DNA from: Tortispora ganteri
Lineage: Eukaryota
Direction of reading: 5' to 3'
Length of the DNA: 20,000 nucleotides
Assembly: GCA_003707115.1 (NCBI GenBank)
Contig: PPNB01000006.1
Span: forward strand, 364,917-384,916
Part shown: piece after piece, positions 1 to 12,405 of the stretch
How the letters are laid out: each line of letters opens with the position of its first letter
Numbering within the stretch: the first letter of the stretch is position 1
Position numbers and translations under genes: made by a program
The notes under the pieces: model-generated
Database searches by the model: none
Told to the model about the DNA's origin: nothing
What the model saw: the letters and a program-made list of their open reading frames with translations, nothing else

Positions 1-734
1 CATCAGTTAAATTAGCTTGCTGCCATTCGTAGAGATCGTCCGTGCACTGCGGTATATAAGTCGAATTAATCTTTGCGCGATCGGATCGCAATGGAAACTC
101 CGTCTTCGGTAGGTTAAGCGTATGCGCATAATCATGTGACGATAATTGTCTCACCAAAGAGGGCCATTTAATAAGTAGGCGCTTTGACATAATGGCTACC
201 TTCGCGGGTTCTCCGAGTAGGTATACGCGCTTCTTTGAAGTCACAGGGTATTTTTGCGTGCAGTACTTTTGGGGGAGCTTCCGGTCGATCTATAGGCTAA
301 CCATTCATTATACTCTCCGCCATAACCTATCTCAGCTGTAATAATACATAACCTTGACCGTTATATGGCAAATTCAACATCATTATGAATTATAATCAAA
401 TAATTAAGTAGATCAATTCTGCACGGGTCCATACCGTGGCTGAAGCTCGTATAGCGCACTACTATTTAAGGTTAGCCTGACTGACCTTTACAACTCCAAA
501 CCAAGCTTTGCAACGTCCACATAGTTTGTCCTTTCTTTTATCGCGGGCCGTTGCCGTTTGATCTCTTTTTCTTTTCAATTAACTCTTTTCATTCTCGATT
601 GCATCTATTCATTTGTCTGTGCATTGTTTACTTAGATTTGACAGTCTGGGCTTTGAACAGTTACACGTGCACTTCTACTTTTCGATACCTCTAACGGCCG
701 ACTACCGCAAAATAGCTCAAAGTTATCTTGATAT

Positions 735-2741
735 ATGGCGCAGTTATTCTCTGATACGGCTCTCACAGATGAGATCGCCTCAGTTGTACCAGTACCCAGA
801 TATATACCGGACGGATTACCGCCCCCTATTAGTATTCGAATCCATACCATTCTAGCTCGGAAAACCGATATAATGCACACAGATGATGTGAACGCCCAAA
901 TAGTGTGGGCAACAGATGTACTTGATCTAAAACGTATAGCTCATATTTCAGAATCTATTTGCATCATTGCAAACGATATAGTCTCTCACCTTGCGGCACA
1001 ACAGCATCCAGATGCCCTATACTATACTGCGAAATGTGCGAGCGAGCAACGCGACTCGGACGACAATACTGCCATCGATCTTTGTTTCCGTGCTATTAAT
1101 AGAGGAAACAAGCGTGCATTATATTTACTTGGTCGAATACTCGAGGCAAAAGGTGATATTGAATCAGCTAAACGTTATTATATGCAAGGTTGCGATAGCC
1201 ACGACGCGGCTTCTCTATACCGTATTGCGATTTCAAGATTTATCGGTGATCTGAACAATACGGTAGATGTCTCTACGGGTATGCAATACTTGAGGCATAG
1301 TGCTGACAGTGTTGATAGAGACTTTTCGCAGAGTGCTCTCCTTCATGGACTCCTTTTAGCTGGATGGAAAGATCAGATTCAGCTTCCCAAAGTTATAGAT
1401 TCTCCTGTGGATTCTACCCTTGCGAAATATTACATTCTTAAAGCTGCTAAGCTCTATAATGCACAGGCACTATTTGCCCTTGGAACTGCATGGCAGTCTG
1501 CACAGCTCGGCTTTAATTTTGACCCAGAACTTTCATTACATTGCTATCTTCAAGCGTCCTATTATGGCGATCGTAGAGCAGACATGGAGTTATCTAAGTG
1601 GCTACTTACCGGATATGGAGAAATCTTACCCAAGGATGAACGGCTTGCGGTGTTTTTTGCTCAGCGAGCTGCAGTTGCGGGGATCAGCTCTGCTATGTTT
1701 GCTATTGGCTACTTCTTTGAAGTAGGCATCTACTTACAGGTATCTAAAGCTCAAGCAACCAAATGGTACATGCTTGCTAAGGATGCTGGTTCCACAGAAG
1801 CCGCCAAGAGATTATCTGAGTTATCGCTATCACGAACATTAACCCAAAAAGACCACGAGAAAAACATAGAAACTCATCTGAGGCGCAATTCTTTCATGAG
1901 ATCTTCTCGAAATCTTCCAGAAAATAGTGACCATAAACAGAGCGAAAAGATAGGTTTTTCCAGATCATCTGATAGATTGGAGACTCGAGAACAATCCGCC
2001 AACTTGATTGATAGTGCACCGAATATGTACAAACCTTCTATACATCGACGAAATGCCAATAGATCGCCGTCAAGGAAATCATTTCCTGCAAGTCCTGAAA
2101 ATACAAGCCCTATATCGTGGTCGACAACCACAAGGTCTCCTTCCAAAAAGCAAGACACCGTTTTTCTACATGAGCCGCCACCTCTACCTGCAACACCAAT
2201 TGACTTAAACCCAAGCATTCCTGAACACAAACTGCGGTCAGGATCACCAAACTCTCCGATGACACCAAGTAACCTACCAAAACTGAATCTTACTGATAAG
2301 CTTGGAGAATCTCCGCGATTGACTGATGACTCGCGGCTAACTGGTTTAATTCCCGAAGCCATCAAGGAACATCAACACCAAACATCAAGCGAAAAGACGC
2401 TCAATATGCACATTCCTGCCTCAGGTCGCGACAGCGCTTCGGAAGCGGAAATCGATTCATCGATATATTGCTCCAAGGCCTGGGCGGATATTGAACGTCA
2501 GATTAACAGTGTGTCAGCTTCTACACAGAAACATTTACCTTCGAGAGTAAGTGCTATTGGCTCAGAGAGTAAGTCTGATACAAGAGAGTCACATTCTCGT
2601 AATTCAGCGAGATCTTCTGGTAATGTTTCTGCTGTCACAGAAACATCTAATGGATCTGGTCACAGTTCAACAGGTCCACAGACGTTTCAAGAAATGGGTG
2701 TTCCCATTGCGAAGAATGAACGCGACTGCACAATTATGTAA
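735..2741 (+). CDS. Sel1-like-repeat protein, chitin synthase activator family (Chs4/Skt5/Ack1-like), with C-terminal CaaX prenylation box
   Basis: 668 aa ORF. Tandem Sel1-type helical repeats in the N-terminal half (ALYLLGRILE, ALFALGTAWQ, ADMELSKWLLTG, SAMFAIGYFFEVG..A.KWY..A..G), a Ser/Pro-rich disordered C-terminal half, and the ending GPQTFQEMGVP...DCTIM* (CaaX; Chs4/Skt5 ends CVIM). An in-frame TGA two codons upstream fixes the ATG. Confidence 0.85.
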   Translation: MAQLFSDTALTDEIASVVPVPRYIPDGLPPPISIRIHTILARKTDIMHTDDVNAQIVWATDVLDLKRIAHISESICIIANDIVSHLAAQQHPDALYYTAKCASEQRDSDDNTAIDLCFRAINRGNKRALYLLGRILEAKGDIESAKRYYMQGCDSHDAASLYRIAISRFIGDLNNTVDVSTGMQYLRHSADSVDRDFSQSALLHGLLLAGWKDQIQLPKVIDSPVDSTLAKYYILKAAKLYNAQALFALGTAWQSAQLGFNFDPELSLHCYLQASYYGDRRADMELSKWLLTGYGEILPKDERLAVFFAQRAAVAGISSAMFAIGYFFEVGIYLQVSKAQATKWYMLAKDAGSTEAAKRLSELSLSRTLTQKDHEKNIETHLRRNSFMRSSRNLPENSDHKQSEKIGFSRSSDRLETREQSANLIDSAPNMYKPSIHRRNANRSPSRKSFPASPENTSPISWSTTTRSPSKKQDTVFLHEPPPLPATPIDLNPSIPEHKLRSGSPNSPMTPSNLPKLNLTDKLGESPRLTDDSRLTGLIPEAIKEHQHQTSSEKTLNMHIPASGRDSASEAEIDSSIYCSKAWADIERQINSVSASTQKHLPSRVSAIGSESKSDTRESHSRNSARSSGNVSAVTETSNGSGHSSTGPQTFQEMGVPIAKNERDCTIM

Positions 2742-3555
2742 CCTTCAGTTATGCCCTGCTTCATTTTAATGTTATGCCTGAATGTAATTAAAATCGAACG
2801 TATAAAAGCCGCACACTGAAACGCTAGCGAAGCTTTTAAGACATTTTCGCAAAGCCTATTATCGTTGGCGGAATGGGCACGATGGTATCTCTACAAGAAG
2901 CCATAGAAAGTTTAGCAACTTTGCAATCCTATTAGATCGTGCTTGAGAATCTCGAGAACGAAATCTTATGCCATATACCGCTTTCGTTGACGATAAAATG
3001 CGGTTGTTTTATTCTCTAGATCGCGTTTGAACTTTAATCAATTCGAACAAACATATTACGCATTTCTCATAGCTCCTATAGGGCGATATGGGAATTTAGG
3101 CTTATCTTACGAACTCTAGCACATCAGCCTATTCAAGTTTCATCTTTGAAAAGACCCTTGATATTGCATATTAGTTACATAGATATTTAACGGTAGGACG
3201 TTTATTTTCCTGAGAAAACTAAGTCACCTGAAACTAGATTGTAATTGCAATCGGCTGCATTTCTAACGAAGAAGCTGCATTGTTTCGATCGACGCGCGCC
3301 AATCTCGAAACAAGTCAAACCGTTCATATCATAGAACTACTTAAGACATCTAAGTATGATGCTACAAACGTCACAACGGTAATTCAAGTACTTAAATTTG
3401 ATAAGATTTAATACTACTTCTGACAAACATTTTGCATATTCAGCAAATTTGACTCGCAGTTCATTCTCTCCGATATTCGTGCTTAATCTCCTTATCGCTA
3501 ATCTCCTACTTGAGTTTTTTCCTTCAAGTCCACATTTTCTGCGTATCTTAGCCGA

Positions 3556-5034
3556 ATGTCGAATCCATCGTCATCAGGCCCGGACAAGCCCGAACAATAC
3601 ACATCCCATCGAACTGCATCTTTCGGCCCTGCATCTCCTAATAGACCTATTGACTCTCTCAAGCAGCCTGCTCCGCCTGAATTTGTCTCTCATGAAACTG
3701 CTTTTTCCACTCCGCATCATTTCATCAGCTACATTGCGCAAACGTCTGATCCAAAATGGACTTCAGACAACGTTGGTGCAGCCTTAAGTCTGTTCGCTGA
3801 ACAAGAACGAACACACCAATTAGCACTGCTCTCTCAGCTCAGAACAAAAGAGCTAGAACTTTTACAAGACTTGCGACGTCATAATGTTCCCCCAAGCATC
3901 ATACCAGAGATTTTTGCATCAACTTTCCCAATGTCTAATTTGCCTAGCTCTCAACCTGAAATGATACATCCTGCATCTCAACAACCTATCGTGCACAATC
4001 GCTCAGATCCGCCTAGGCGACAATTTCGCCGGTTAGATGACTATACCTATCCTATAGGACGCCCACCTTTTTCGTCTTCTGATAGCATGCATCCAAACCT
4101 TGCGTCAACAATAGAGCAAGTGAGCCATCTCCGTGCTTCACATTCTCTCAGATCTAACCCGTACGCATTAAGTCACCGACAACACGATAACATTGATCAA
4201 GCCGGTAATAAGTACATCAGAGAAGGTTCTGGTCGAGAAAATGAAATAAGGCAGGGACTTGCTGCCTCTTCGCATGAAGACGCCCGTCCTATGGATGTAA
4301 GTCGATGCCGCACACCACCTGAATCTGCAGCACACCATAGAAGTCCAATTGAGCGCGGCCCTATGGCTGATCTTCAAATACATCATTACCAGCCAATCCA
4401 AAATGAATTTCCTTCGCAACCTTATGCGCACTTTTTGGAAGGTAATTATAGCTATGATAAGTTCGGCACGAGAAGTTTTCATGAACGGCCAACTTCCCCT
4501 ACTCAAAGCACTACGCAGCTGCGGCCCCCTTTATCTGGTCCAAGTCACGGAACTATGTCAACATTTCGATTAGATTCTCCATATGGGGATTCTCACTCTA
4601 ACCTTGGAGTTCGAGCAGAACCACGAGTCGGTTATCAACCAAGCTACCTACCAGAAATCATTAATGAAACGGAGATTATCGCATCAGCTAGTAATACTCC
4701 CCCAAGGTCACGGCGCAGGCATTCTCGTGCTCAATCTGAGACTTCAATTCGAGTTGGACGCCATCTGATGGAGCCGTATGCCACTGCAGCTGATAGGCGA
4801 GCACCTAATATACACCGTCAGCGTAAACAAACACAATCTAGCACCGTTGAGGCTCCTGCTGGTATAAATGCTCTGGTAGAAGCGGCTGCAGAGACATCTA
4901 GACTAATGAAGGATCATTCGCCTGCACCAGATGAAAAACATTCACAGACTGGTAAGCTTGTAAATGATAATGAAGAAAGTGGCAAAAAACTGTTGGAAAC
5001 AGCTACAAGTAATGATGAAATGACTGATGCATGA
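3556..5034 (+). CDS. Uncharacterised low-complexity fungal protein, putative regulator (tentatively Bop3-like)
   Basis: 492 aa ATG-initiated ORF, S/P/H/R-rich and mostly disordered, with one helical block (AEQERTHQ...ELLQ...VPPSIIPEIF) and short motifs IHHYQP and RRHSRAQSE. The family assignment is from memory and tentative; coding status is supported by ORF length. Confidence 0.7.
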   Translation: MSNPSSSGPDKPEQYTSHRTASFGPASPNRPIDSLKQPAPPEFVSHETAFSTPHHFISYIAQTSDPKWTSDNVGAALSLFAEQERTHQLALLSQLRTKELELLQDLRRHNVPPSIIPEIFASTFPMSNLPSSQPEMIHPASQQPIVHNRSDPPRRQFRRLDDYTYPIGRPPFSSSDSMHPNLASTIEQVSHLRASHSLRSNPYALSHRQHDNIDQAGNKYIREGSGRENEIRQGLAASSHEDARPMDVSRCRTPPESAAHHRSPIERGPMADLQIHHYQPIQNEFPSQPYAHFLEGNYSYDKFGTRSFHERPTSPTQSTTQLRPPLSGPSHGTMSTFRLDSPYGDSHSNLGVRAEPRVGYQPSYLPEIINETEIIASASNTPPRSRRRHSRAQSETSIRVGRHLMEPYATAADRRAPNIHRQRKQTQSSTVEAPAGINALVEAAAETSRLMKDHSPAPDEKHSQTGKLVNDNEESGKKLLETATSNDEMTDA

Positions 5035-5227
5035 CAAGGTTTCCTTGTTTCTTATGCTTCTTATGCTACTTTTAATTTTGCTATAATTGAATGCCACTGT
5101 TCAAAATAAGATAAAGAAACAGCTCAGCTGGTGTAAACACTCAAAAGTATAATTCTTGTGACAGGTGTAGAGCTACGAAAAATGTCAATAAGGAATCTAT
5201 TATATATTTCTCCTGCTCTATAGCCGC

Positions 5228-6772
<1,545 letters not shown>

Positions 6773-8163
6773 TTAGGAGTTTAGTCGAGTATTTCGAATA
6801 AGATAAAAAACCTAAAGAAAGACTAACCAAGTTCAAGAGGGCTGTTCAAAGGTAAATGAAATTGGAGTACGTGCCACGTTGTTATTGGTCAAGTTATGTT
6901 TTTAAGTTATTGTGATAATCGTGTCTTGCCTACAAATTCTACATTCCTAAACGAGATAATGACTTTTGATGGAATATCGGTCCAATCAAGGGAATCCGTC
7001 GCTCTTCGAGAGGTTCTGTTACGAGAACGCGTTTTATGCATGATCTGTGTCAATAACTCATACGATTCGGTGCATTGATTAGTGCCCAAATACTCAATTA
7101 CTGAAGTAGTCCCGTAAAATTCAAGGAGTAGAACAGCCAACTCAACTCTATTACTATTAACGTTCGAGAACGTTTGTTGCACCAGCACTTGATCCTTCGC
7201 TGCACCCGAGACGACCCTTTATAATATACAGGTCAAATTCGCAAATACCAGTTGCTTGAATTCAAAACCCTTAATGCATAATGATCAGTGAAACTAGCAG
7301 ATAATACTTGTTTATGGACTTTCGAGGTGTTTCACATTGTTAGTTTAACGATTGTCAGCTCAACTACCCTCAACCCCACTTTCTTAATTTATTTCGATCT
7401 ATCGGTCTCGGGTAACCGTTTCATTTAAGCCCTATAAAATATCTACTAAATTGCTGATTTACTGTATATTAAATATCAATTTGTTCACTAAACGGATAAA
7501 ATACTTGTAGTTCATGCACTAAACACGAACAAGACTAGTATTCTCGGTGAACTATGGCCAAATATTATAACCTAAAACACGCACTATAATGGCCAAACGA
7601 AACTCTAGTATTTTACCAAACATAGCCGCTTTTCATGAGATGATAAACTCATAATCCGATAAGGTAACTGCATTCATCAACTGCAGATTAGAATAGTAAC
7701 CTACTCAGCTATTATCACTAACAATGCCTTAAGTGGTTATATCTTTATATGGTGAACTTTCTTAAGGAGTTTATAAGGGCGATAAGTTCGATACATTACA
7801 GCTACGATTCGCCAGTACTCATAATTAACTTTCTGGTTTCTTTTTAGGGTTTAGAAAAGCAAACAGATACTAACCACTAACCACCGAACCCCCTTTTCTT
7901 TACATTTGACGTGTTTCTTTTTCTGCACGTGTGTTTTTTAACCCTCGGAACTGCTATTGAAGTTTTATTTAGCCTGATCGCAACAGATTTTTGTTATTTT
8001 GGCCGAACTTCAATATAATTGTTCTGATAATTTTCGTCTGTGTTTAAAGCAAACACTGTTTAGATCACTATTTTCGACCGCACTTCCCCGATCTCATCAA
8101 ACACATTTGCCGTAATAATACGGTCATTCAAATCCACGTATTTTTATTGATTACTCATTAATA

Positions 8164-9369
8164 ATGGGCTCTGAAAGACCTGCTGATGTTGAAAGCCAAT
8201 CGGCGACTACATCGACACCCCCTCCTCCTGTGCCGCCTAAGCCTCCAACCAGCTCCTTGACTGCAGCTGCTTATGTATCAACATGGATCGCGCTCTCTTC
8301 ATCCGTCATCCTTTACAATAAATATGTGCTACATACGCTACACTTCAGCTTCCCAGTTTTTTTGACTGCCTGGCATATGGTTTTCTCTACTATCGTCACA
8401 CAGATAATGGCACATTTCACTCATATTCTTGATGATCGCCATCGTATAAAAATGAACCCGTCAATGTACATCAAGCTTATTGTGCCTATTGGCATATGCT
8501 TCAACTTCTCGTTGATTTTTAACAATCAAGCCTATCTGTACCTTTCCGTGGCTTTCATCCAAATGTTGAAAGCTACCACTCCTGTTGCTGTATTGCTGGT
8601 TTCTTATGCTACTCGTGTAGAGGCTTTCAATCTTCGCACTTTACTAAACGTTTCTATAATTGTGGTTGGTGTGATGATTGCCTCATACGGTGAGATTGCT
8701 TTCAGCCTTGTAGGATTTTTATTCCAGATTTCTGGCATTGCTTTCGAAGCCACTCGACTTGTTATGGTTGGTCAATTACTCAACGGACCTAACCTAAAGA
8801 TGAACCCATTGGTATCGTTATATTATTTTGCGCCTATTTGTGGACTTTTCCTTATTATTATTTTCTTTTTCACCGAGTTCTCTAAATTCGGCATGGCAAA
8901 TATTCAACAGATCGGCCCCTTTGTTCTGTTGTCTAATGCCGCTGTTGCTTTCTGCCTCAACGTTGCAGTAGTAATGCTTGTTGGAAAGACTTCTTCTCTT
9001 GTGCTAACCTTGTGCGGAATTTTGAAAGATATATTGCTAGTGTTTGCTTCGATGATGATCTGGCGCACCATTGTCACACCTTTGCAATTCTTTGGATACT
9101 CTATCGCTCTGGTTGGGCTGTTATACTACAAGCTTGGCTATAAACAAATGGCTGAACTTTTGGAGAACGTTACAAGAGGTGCCCAAGACTATTTGCCGCG
9201 CAGACCTGCCCGTCGATTTCTATTGGTTGTTGTAGTATGCTTTTTGATCGGCACGCTACTTGCCTGGTATTCTGATACCTTAGCAATGGTTGATCCTAAG
9301 TCGCTGCAGAAACTTACTGGAATCACTACTCCTGCCAGCAAGGGAAGCAACAGTTATTGGCCCTTTTAA
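8164..9369 (+). CDS. glfB: UDP-galactofuranose transporter (GlfB/UgtA-like; triose-phosphate/nucleotide-sugar transporter family)
   Basis: 401 aa multi-pass membrane protein with WIALSSSVILYNK, FPVFLTAWH, YLYLSVAFIQMLKATTPVAVL, FEATRLVMV, PLVSLYYFAP, GKTSSLVLTLCGILKDILLV, closely matching the Aspergillus GlfB pattern. Adjacent to UGM. Confidence 0.9.
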   Translation: MGSERPADVESQSATTSTPPPPVPPKPPTSSLTAAAYVSTWIALSSSVILYNKYVLHTLHFSFPVFLTAWHMVFSTIVTQIMAHFTHILDDRHRIKMNPSMYIKLIVPIGICFNFSLIFNNQAYLYLSVAFIQMLKATTPVAVLLVSYATRVEAFNLRTLLNVSIIVVGVMIASYGEIAFSLVGFLFQISGIAFEATRLVMVGQLLNGPNLKMNPLVSLYYFAPICGLFLIIIFFFTEFSKFGMANIQQIGPFVLLSNAAVAFCLNVAVVMLVGKTSSLVLTLCGILKDILLVFASMMIWRTIVTPLQFFGYSIALVGLLYYKLGYKQMAELLENVTRGAQDYLPRRPARRFLLVVVVCFLIGTLLAWYSDTLAMVDPKSLQKLTGITTPASKGSNSYWPF

Positions 9370-9534
9370 GTCATCGATCCGATCATGTAGAGAACGCTTT
9401 ATTCTTAGAATTCTTAATCATAATGTTACTGTTAAGCGTAAGTTAACCCCAAAAAATTGGCCATATAAAACACTGCCATTACTTTATCTACCGACATAAA
9501 TAAGGAAAGTGCATTTGAATATATACCCATAGTA

Positions 9535-10053
9535 TTATAACTCTTCTGTAATGATCAGATTACTATTTTCTGTGATACGCCGCTCAAGTGCATTCGAATC
9601 CAATTCGGACGCATCAGGTGCATGTGAAACAACCTCTGGTTCTATTCCGATAGGTGATTTTTTAGTCACTTTCGACTCGTTTCTTTTACGGCGGCGCTTT
9701 CTATTTCTATCTGTACGACGCTGATCTTCCAGCACTTTCTCCGTACGTCGGGCAAGAAAGTCTGCTTGCTTTCTTTTTTCGGTTTCCACCTCCTCGAGTA
9801 CACGTAATCTTTCGCTCTCTCGTCTCTTCTCTCGTTTATAAATGTGAAATTGACCTGAATTAAAAGCTGCAGTAGAGCCGTGTACCACTTTCATCATTTC
9901 GCACGGTGCACCAATCGCATCCTCTGCGATCTGTCTCGCAGGCAATGAAGACTGCCGCGGGCTGTGGAGGCCGCTAATATCGATCTCCTTCTCAGGGGTT
10001 GATAGCAGCTTGTTTAGTGTTTTACCTAAATCAGATGTAGGTTTATTAATCAT
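9535..10053 (-). CDS. PRKRIP1: PRKR-interacting protein 1-like (DUF1168) spliceosome-associated protein
   Basis: Motif VHGSTAAFNSGQFHIYKREKRRESERL (family pattern roughly V.GSSAGAGSGEFH.Y...RRRE..RL), then a charged coiled coil, RT.RNRKRR, and the tail LIITEEL. Start placed at the first ATG (10053, 172 aa); the ORF-track start at 10140 is TTG. Confidence 0.8.
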   Translation of the reverse strand: MINKPTSDLGKTLNKLLSTPEKEIDISGLHSPRQSSLPARQIAEDAIGAPCEMMKVVHGSTAAFNSGQFHIYKREKRRESERLRVLEEVETEKRKQADFLARRTEKVLEDQRRTDRNRKRRRKRNESKVTKKSPIGIEPEVVSHAPDASELDSNALERRITENSNLIITEEL

Positions 10054-10239
10054 TATATATACATGAAGTACTCGAAAATGGACCCGTTTATAAAACAAAC
10101 GGAGGTTTGTGGGGCGAGAGAAAGACTCCACTGGGAGCAAATCACAAGTGCGGCGACGAGCAACAAAAGGTCGACAATCAGAAATTGATCTGCAATTGTT
10201 ATTTCAACAGCGATAATACTGGCCAAATCATAAATGTCG

Positions 10240-11019
10240 TTATAAAACGAGAACAGAGTGTGGTCTTGATAAAGAGACCCTGCGCCGCGACCACACAGCC
10301 TTCTTGAAAGTCTTGCGCAGAACGACGTCAAATTCAGCTGCATCTTTCTCTTCCATCATCAGATCTGCTAAGTTATCGTTCCAGGATAAAAGTCTATTTG
10401 AGAGCATATATTGGGGAGAATACTGACGTTCCATTACCAGAAGTTCACAGTGTGGTATGTTGCGAAGACTCTCAAATCTTTCAACAGACCAACGAAACCA
10501 TTTCATCAGAAATACGCGCGCCATTATGCCATGAGTGACAAGAATTAGCACGTCAGGGAAAGTATCGGACAAGAATTGGCGGAATAAAGCCTCATTGAAG
10601 GCTGCCACCCTGTCGTACACATCTGCAGCACTTTCTCCATTCGGGATCCTATAGAAGAAATGGCCATAAGACGCCCGCTCATTCTTGATCCGATCCATCT
10701 CTTCCTTTGGAAATTGAAAATTGCCAAAGTCCTGTTCTCTTAATCGAGGTTCTTCAAAGATAGTCAGAGGAAAATCTGTCAATTCTGATGCGAGTGACTG
10801 CGCCGTCTGTCTTGCCCGTAGATATGGAGATGTATACATCATAATTGAGTCGGTCTTTCTTAGTCTTCTAGCCAATTCGCGTCCACTATCGTGCGCCTGC
10901 TGTTTGCCCCGTTTAGTTAAAGGAATTTTGTGATTCGGAACAACTCTATTGACCTTTTTATCTACATTGCCTTCGCTCTCGCCATGTCGCACAAGCACAA
11001 TCAATCGTGGTCGAACCAT
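10240..11019 (-). CDS. DET1: Histidine phosphatase (phosphoglycerate mutase family), Det1-like broad-range acid phosphatase
   Basis: 259 aa. RPRLIVLVRHGESEGN catalytic motif, YTSPYLRARQT, EEPRLREQDFGNFQ, YGHFFYRIPNGESAADVYDRV, LVTHG..ARVFLMKWFRW. Confidence 0.9.
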   Translation of the reverse strand: MVRPRLIVLVRHGESEGNVDKKVNRVVPNHKIPLTKRGKQQAHDSGRELARRLRKTDSIMMYTSPYLRARQTAQSLASELTDFPLTIFEEPRLREQDFGNFQFPKEEMDRIKNERASYGHFFYRIPNGESAADVYDRVAAFNEALFRQFLSDTFPDVLILVTHGIMARVFLMKWFRWSVERFESLRNIPHCELLVMERQYSPQYMLSNRLLSWNDNLADLMMEEKDAAEFDVVLRKTFKKAVWSRRRVSLSRPHSVLVL

Positions 11020-11270
11020 GCTAGGCGTAAGGTTAATTGTAACTATACTCTAAAAGTAATAGTTTTACCTACTGGAGCTTCGATCGAGTAGTAATTAAAC
11101 AAGCCTCGGTATCAGGAGATGTAGGCTAAACGCGATATTGCTCAACTAAGCCGTTTCCCGCCCCTCATAATACTGACTTCGATGTAAAGTTTCCTCAACT
11201 GGTTTCCTAATTTAGTAATTACCATTGGCACGCATCTCCGCATTCTCCCAACCCCTCATACTAGAGCTCA

Positions 11271-11278
11271 TATAAATA
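11271..11278 (+). promoter_or_regulatory. Candidate TATA box of the esterase gene
   Basis: TATAAATA 87 nt upstream of ATG 11358, followed by a pyrimidine-rich stretch. Confidence 0.45.
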
Positions 11279-11357
11279 TTCACACCTTTGCTTGTGATTT
11301 TGTCTCTCTTGGTGTTTGCTAGGTTCACTGTTTATTGTCATTAGAAAGAGAAAGAAA

Positions 11358-12338
11358 ATGGGTGAGCCAATACAAAGGATGGATCCTGAGATAGCGAAGT
11401 TGCTCCCCGTCGACTACGTGGAGTTCTGGAACTCTACGATGGCATACCTGCCGACAATAGAATCGCTGTCTCCGATAGATGCCAGGAAGATTGCCAAGCC
11501 GACTGTGGGTCCTGGAAATACCCCTGCAGTTAAAGGTGAAGATATCGAAATTCCTAGGACTGAGACAAAAGGTGATCCTATTAGAGCAATTGTGTATTAT
11601 CCTAGCACACCTGTACCAAGTGATGGTTATCCGGTATTTTTATATTTCCATGGCGGTGGATTTGTTATCGGAGGAGCTAAAATTGATGATTGGGTAACTG
11701 CATATTGGTGCGAATCTACCAATGCTGTAGTGGTGTCCGTTGACTATCGACATGCACCAGAATTTAAGTTTCCTTCGCCAGTGGACGATGTGGTTGACTC
11801 GTACCGCTGGCTGCTCACCAATCCGTTAAAGGTCAAACTGAACACTAAGAAAGTGGTTGCAGGTGGAAATTCTGCAGGCGCTAATTTGGCTACTGTTTTG
11901 ACTCACGAAATAAACAAAATAGGGCTGCCGCAATTGCTTGCACAAGTACTAATTGTGCCCACATGCGATGCGTATAACAAATACGATAGCCATGAGCGAT
12001 TCAAGAATGCGCCAGGTCTGTCAGCCACTCGAATGGATTGGTTTATTGATCACTATATTAACAATGAATCCGAGAGGAAAGATACGCGATTGTCCTCGCT
12101 ATTGAATGATATTGAATCATTCAAAAAATGCCCCCAGGCTTTCGTCGGTGTTGCGTATATTGATGTGCTTCACGACGAAGGCGTTGAATACGCCAAGAAA
12201 CTGCGTGAGGCAAACGTTCCAGCTGAATTTTTTGTTTACGTGTCCCCCCATGTTATTGTATCGAGTAGCGGAAAGTTGGAAGAGGGAGCGCGCTTGCTAC
12301 GGGATGTCGCCGCTTACATTAAGAAAGTGGTTAACTAG
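11358..12338 (+). CDS. Alpha/beta hydrolase, hormone-sensitive-lipase family esterase/lipase
   Basis: YFHGGGF oxyanion motif, VSVDYRHAPEFKFP, nucleophile GNSAG (11865-11879), DVLHDEG acid and C-terminal PH. Start placed at ATG 11358 in A-rich context (326 aa); the ORF-track start is TTG. Confidence 0.92.
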   Translation: MGEPIQRMDPEIAKLLPVDYVEFWNSTMAYLPTIESLSPIDARKIAKPTVGPGNTPAVKGEDIEIPRTETKGDPIRAIVYYPSTPVPSDGYPVFLYFHGGGFVIGGAKIDDWVTAYWCESTNAVVVSVDYRHAPEFKFPSPVDDVVDSYRWLLTNPLKVKLNTKKVVAGGNSAGANLATVLTHEINKIGLPQLLAQVLIVPTCDAYNKYDSHERFKNAPGLSATRMDWFIDHYINNESERKDTRLSSLLNDIESFKKCPQAFVGVAYIDVLHDEGVEYAKKLREANVPAEFFVYVSPHVIVSSSGKLEEGARLLRDVAAYIKKVVN

Positions 12339-12405
12339 TGATATTTATATTTAGTTATTGTTAAACGTTTGAAGTCAACTTATTGAGTTCACTTTGAGAC
12401 GTAAT

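Noticed and set aside
691..715. CTAAC...TAG upstream of the Sel1 gene as an intron 3' end
   Set aside because: No canonical donor at a suitable distance, and an in-frame stop before the ATG excludes an upstream coding exon via this acceptor.
3354..3443. 5'-UTR intron upstream of the 3556 gene (GTATGA...CTGAC...CAG)
   Set aside because: The signals are only moderate matches and there is no coding constraint to validate them.
7868..7972. TACTAAC as branch point of a glfB 5'-UTR intron
   Set aside because: The first AG is nearly 90 nt downstream, unlike the 12-nt spacing of the PGK intron, and no good donor lies close upstream.
10228..10242. DET1 readthrough giving a C-terminal RHL
   Set aside because: RHL does not fit the PTS1 consensus at the -3 position.
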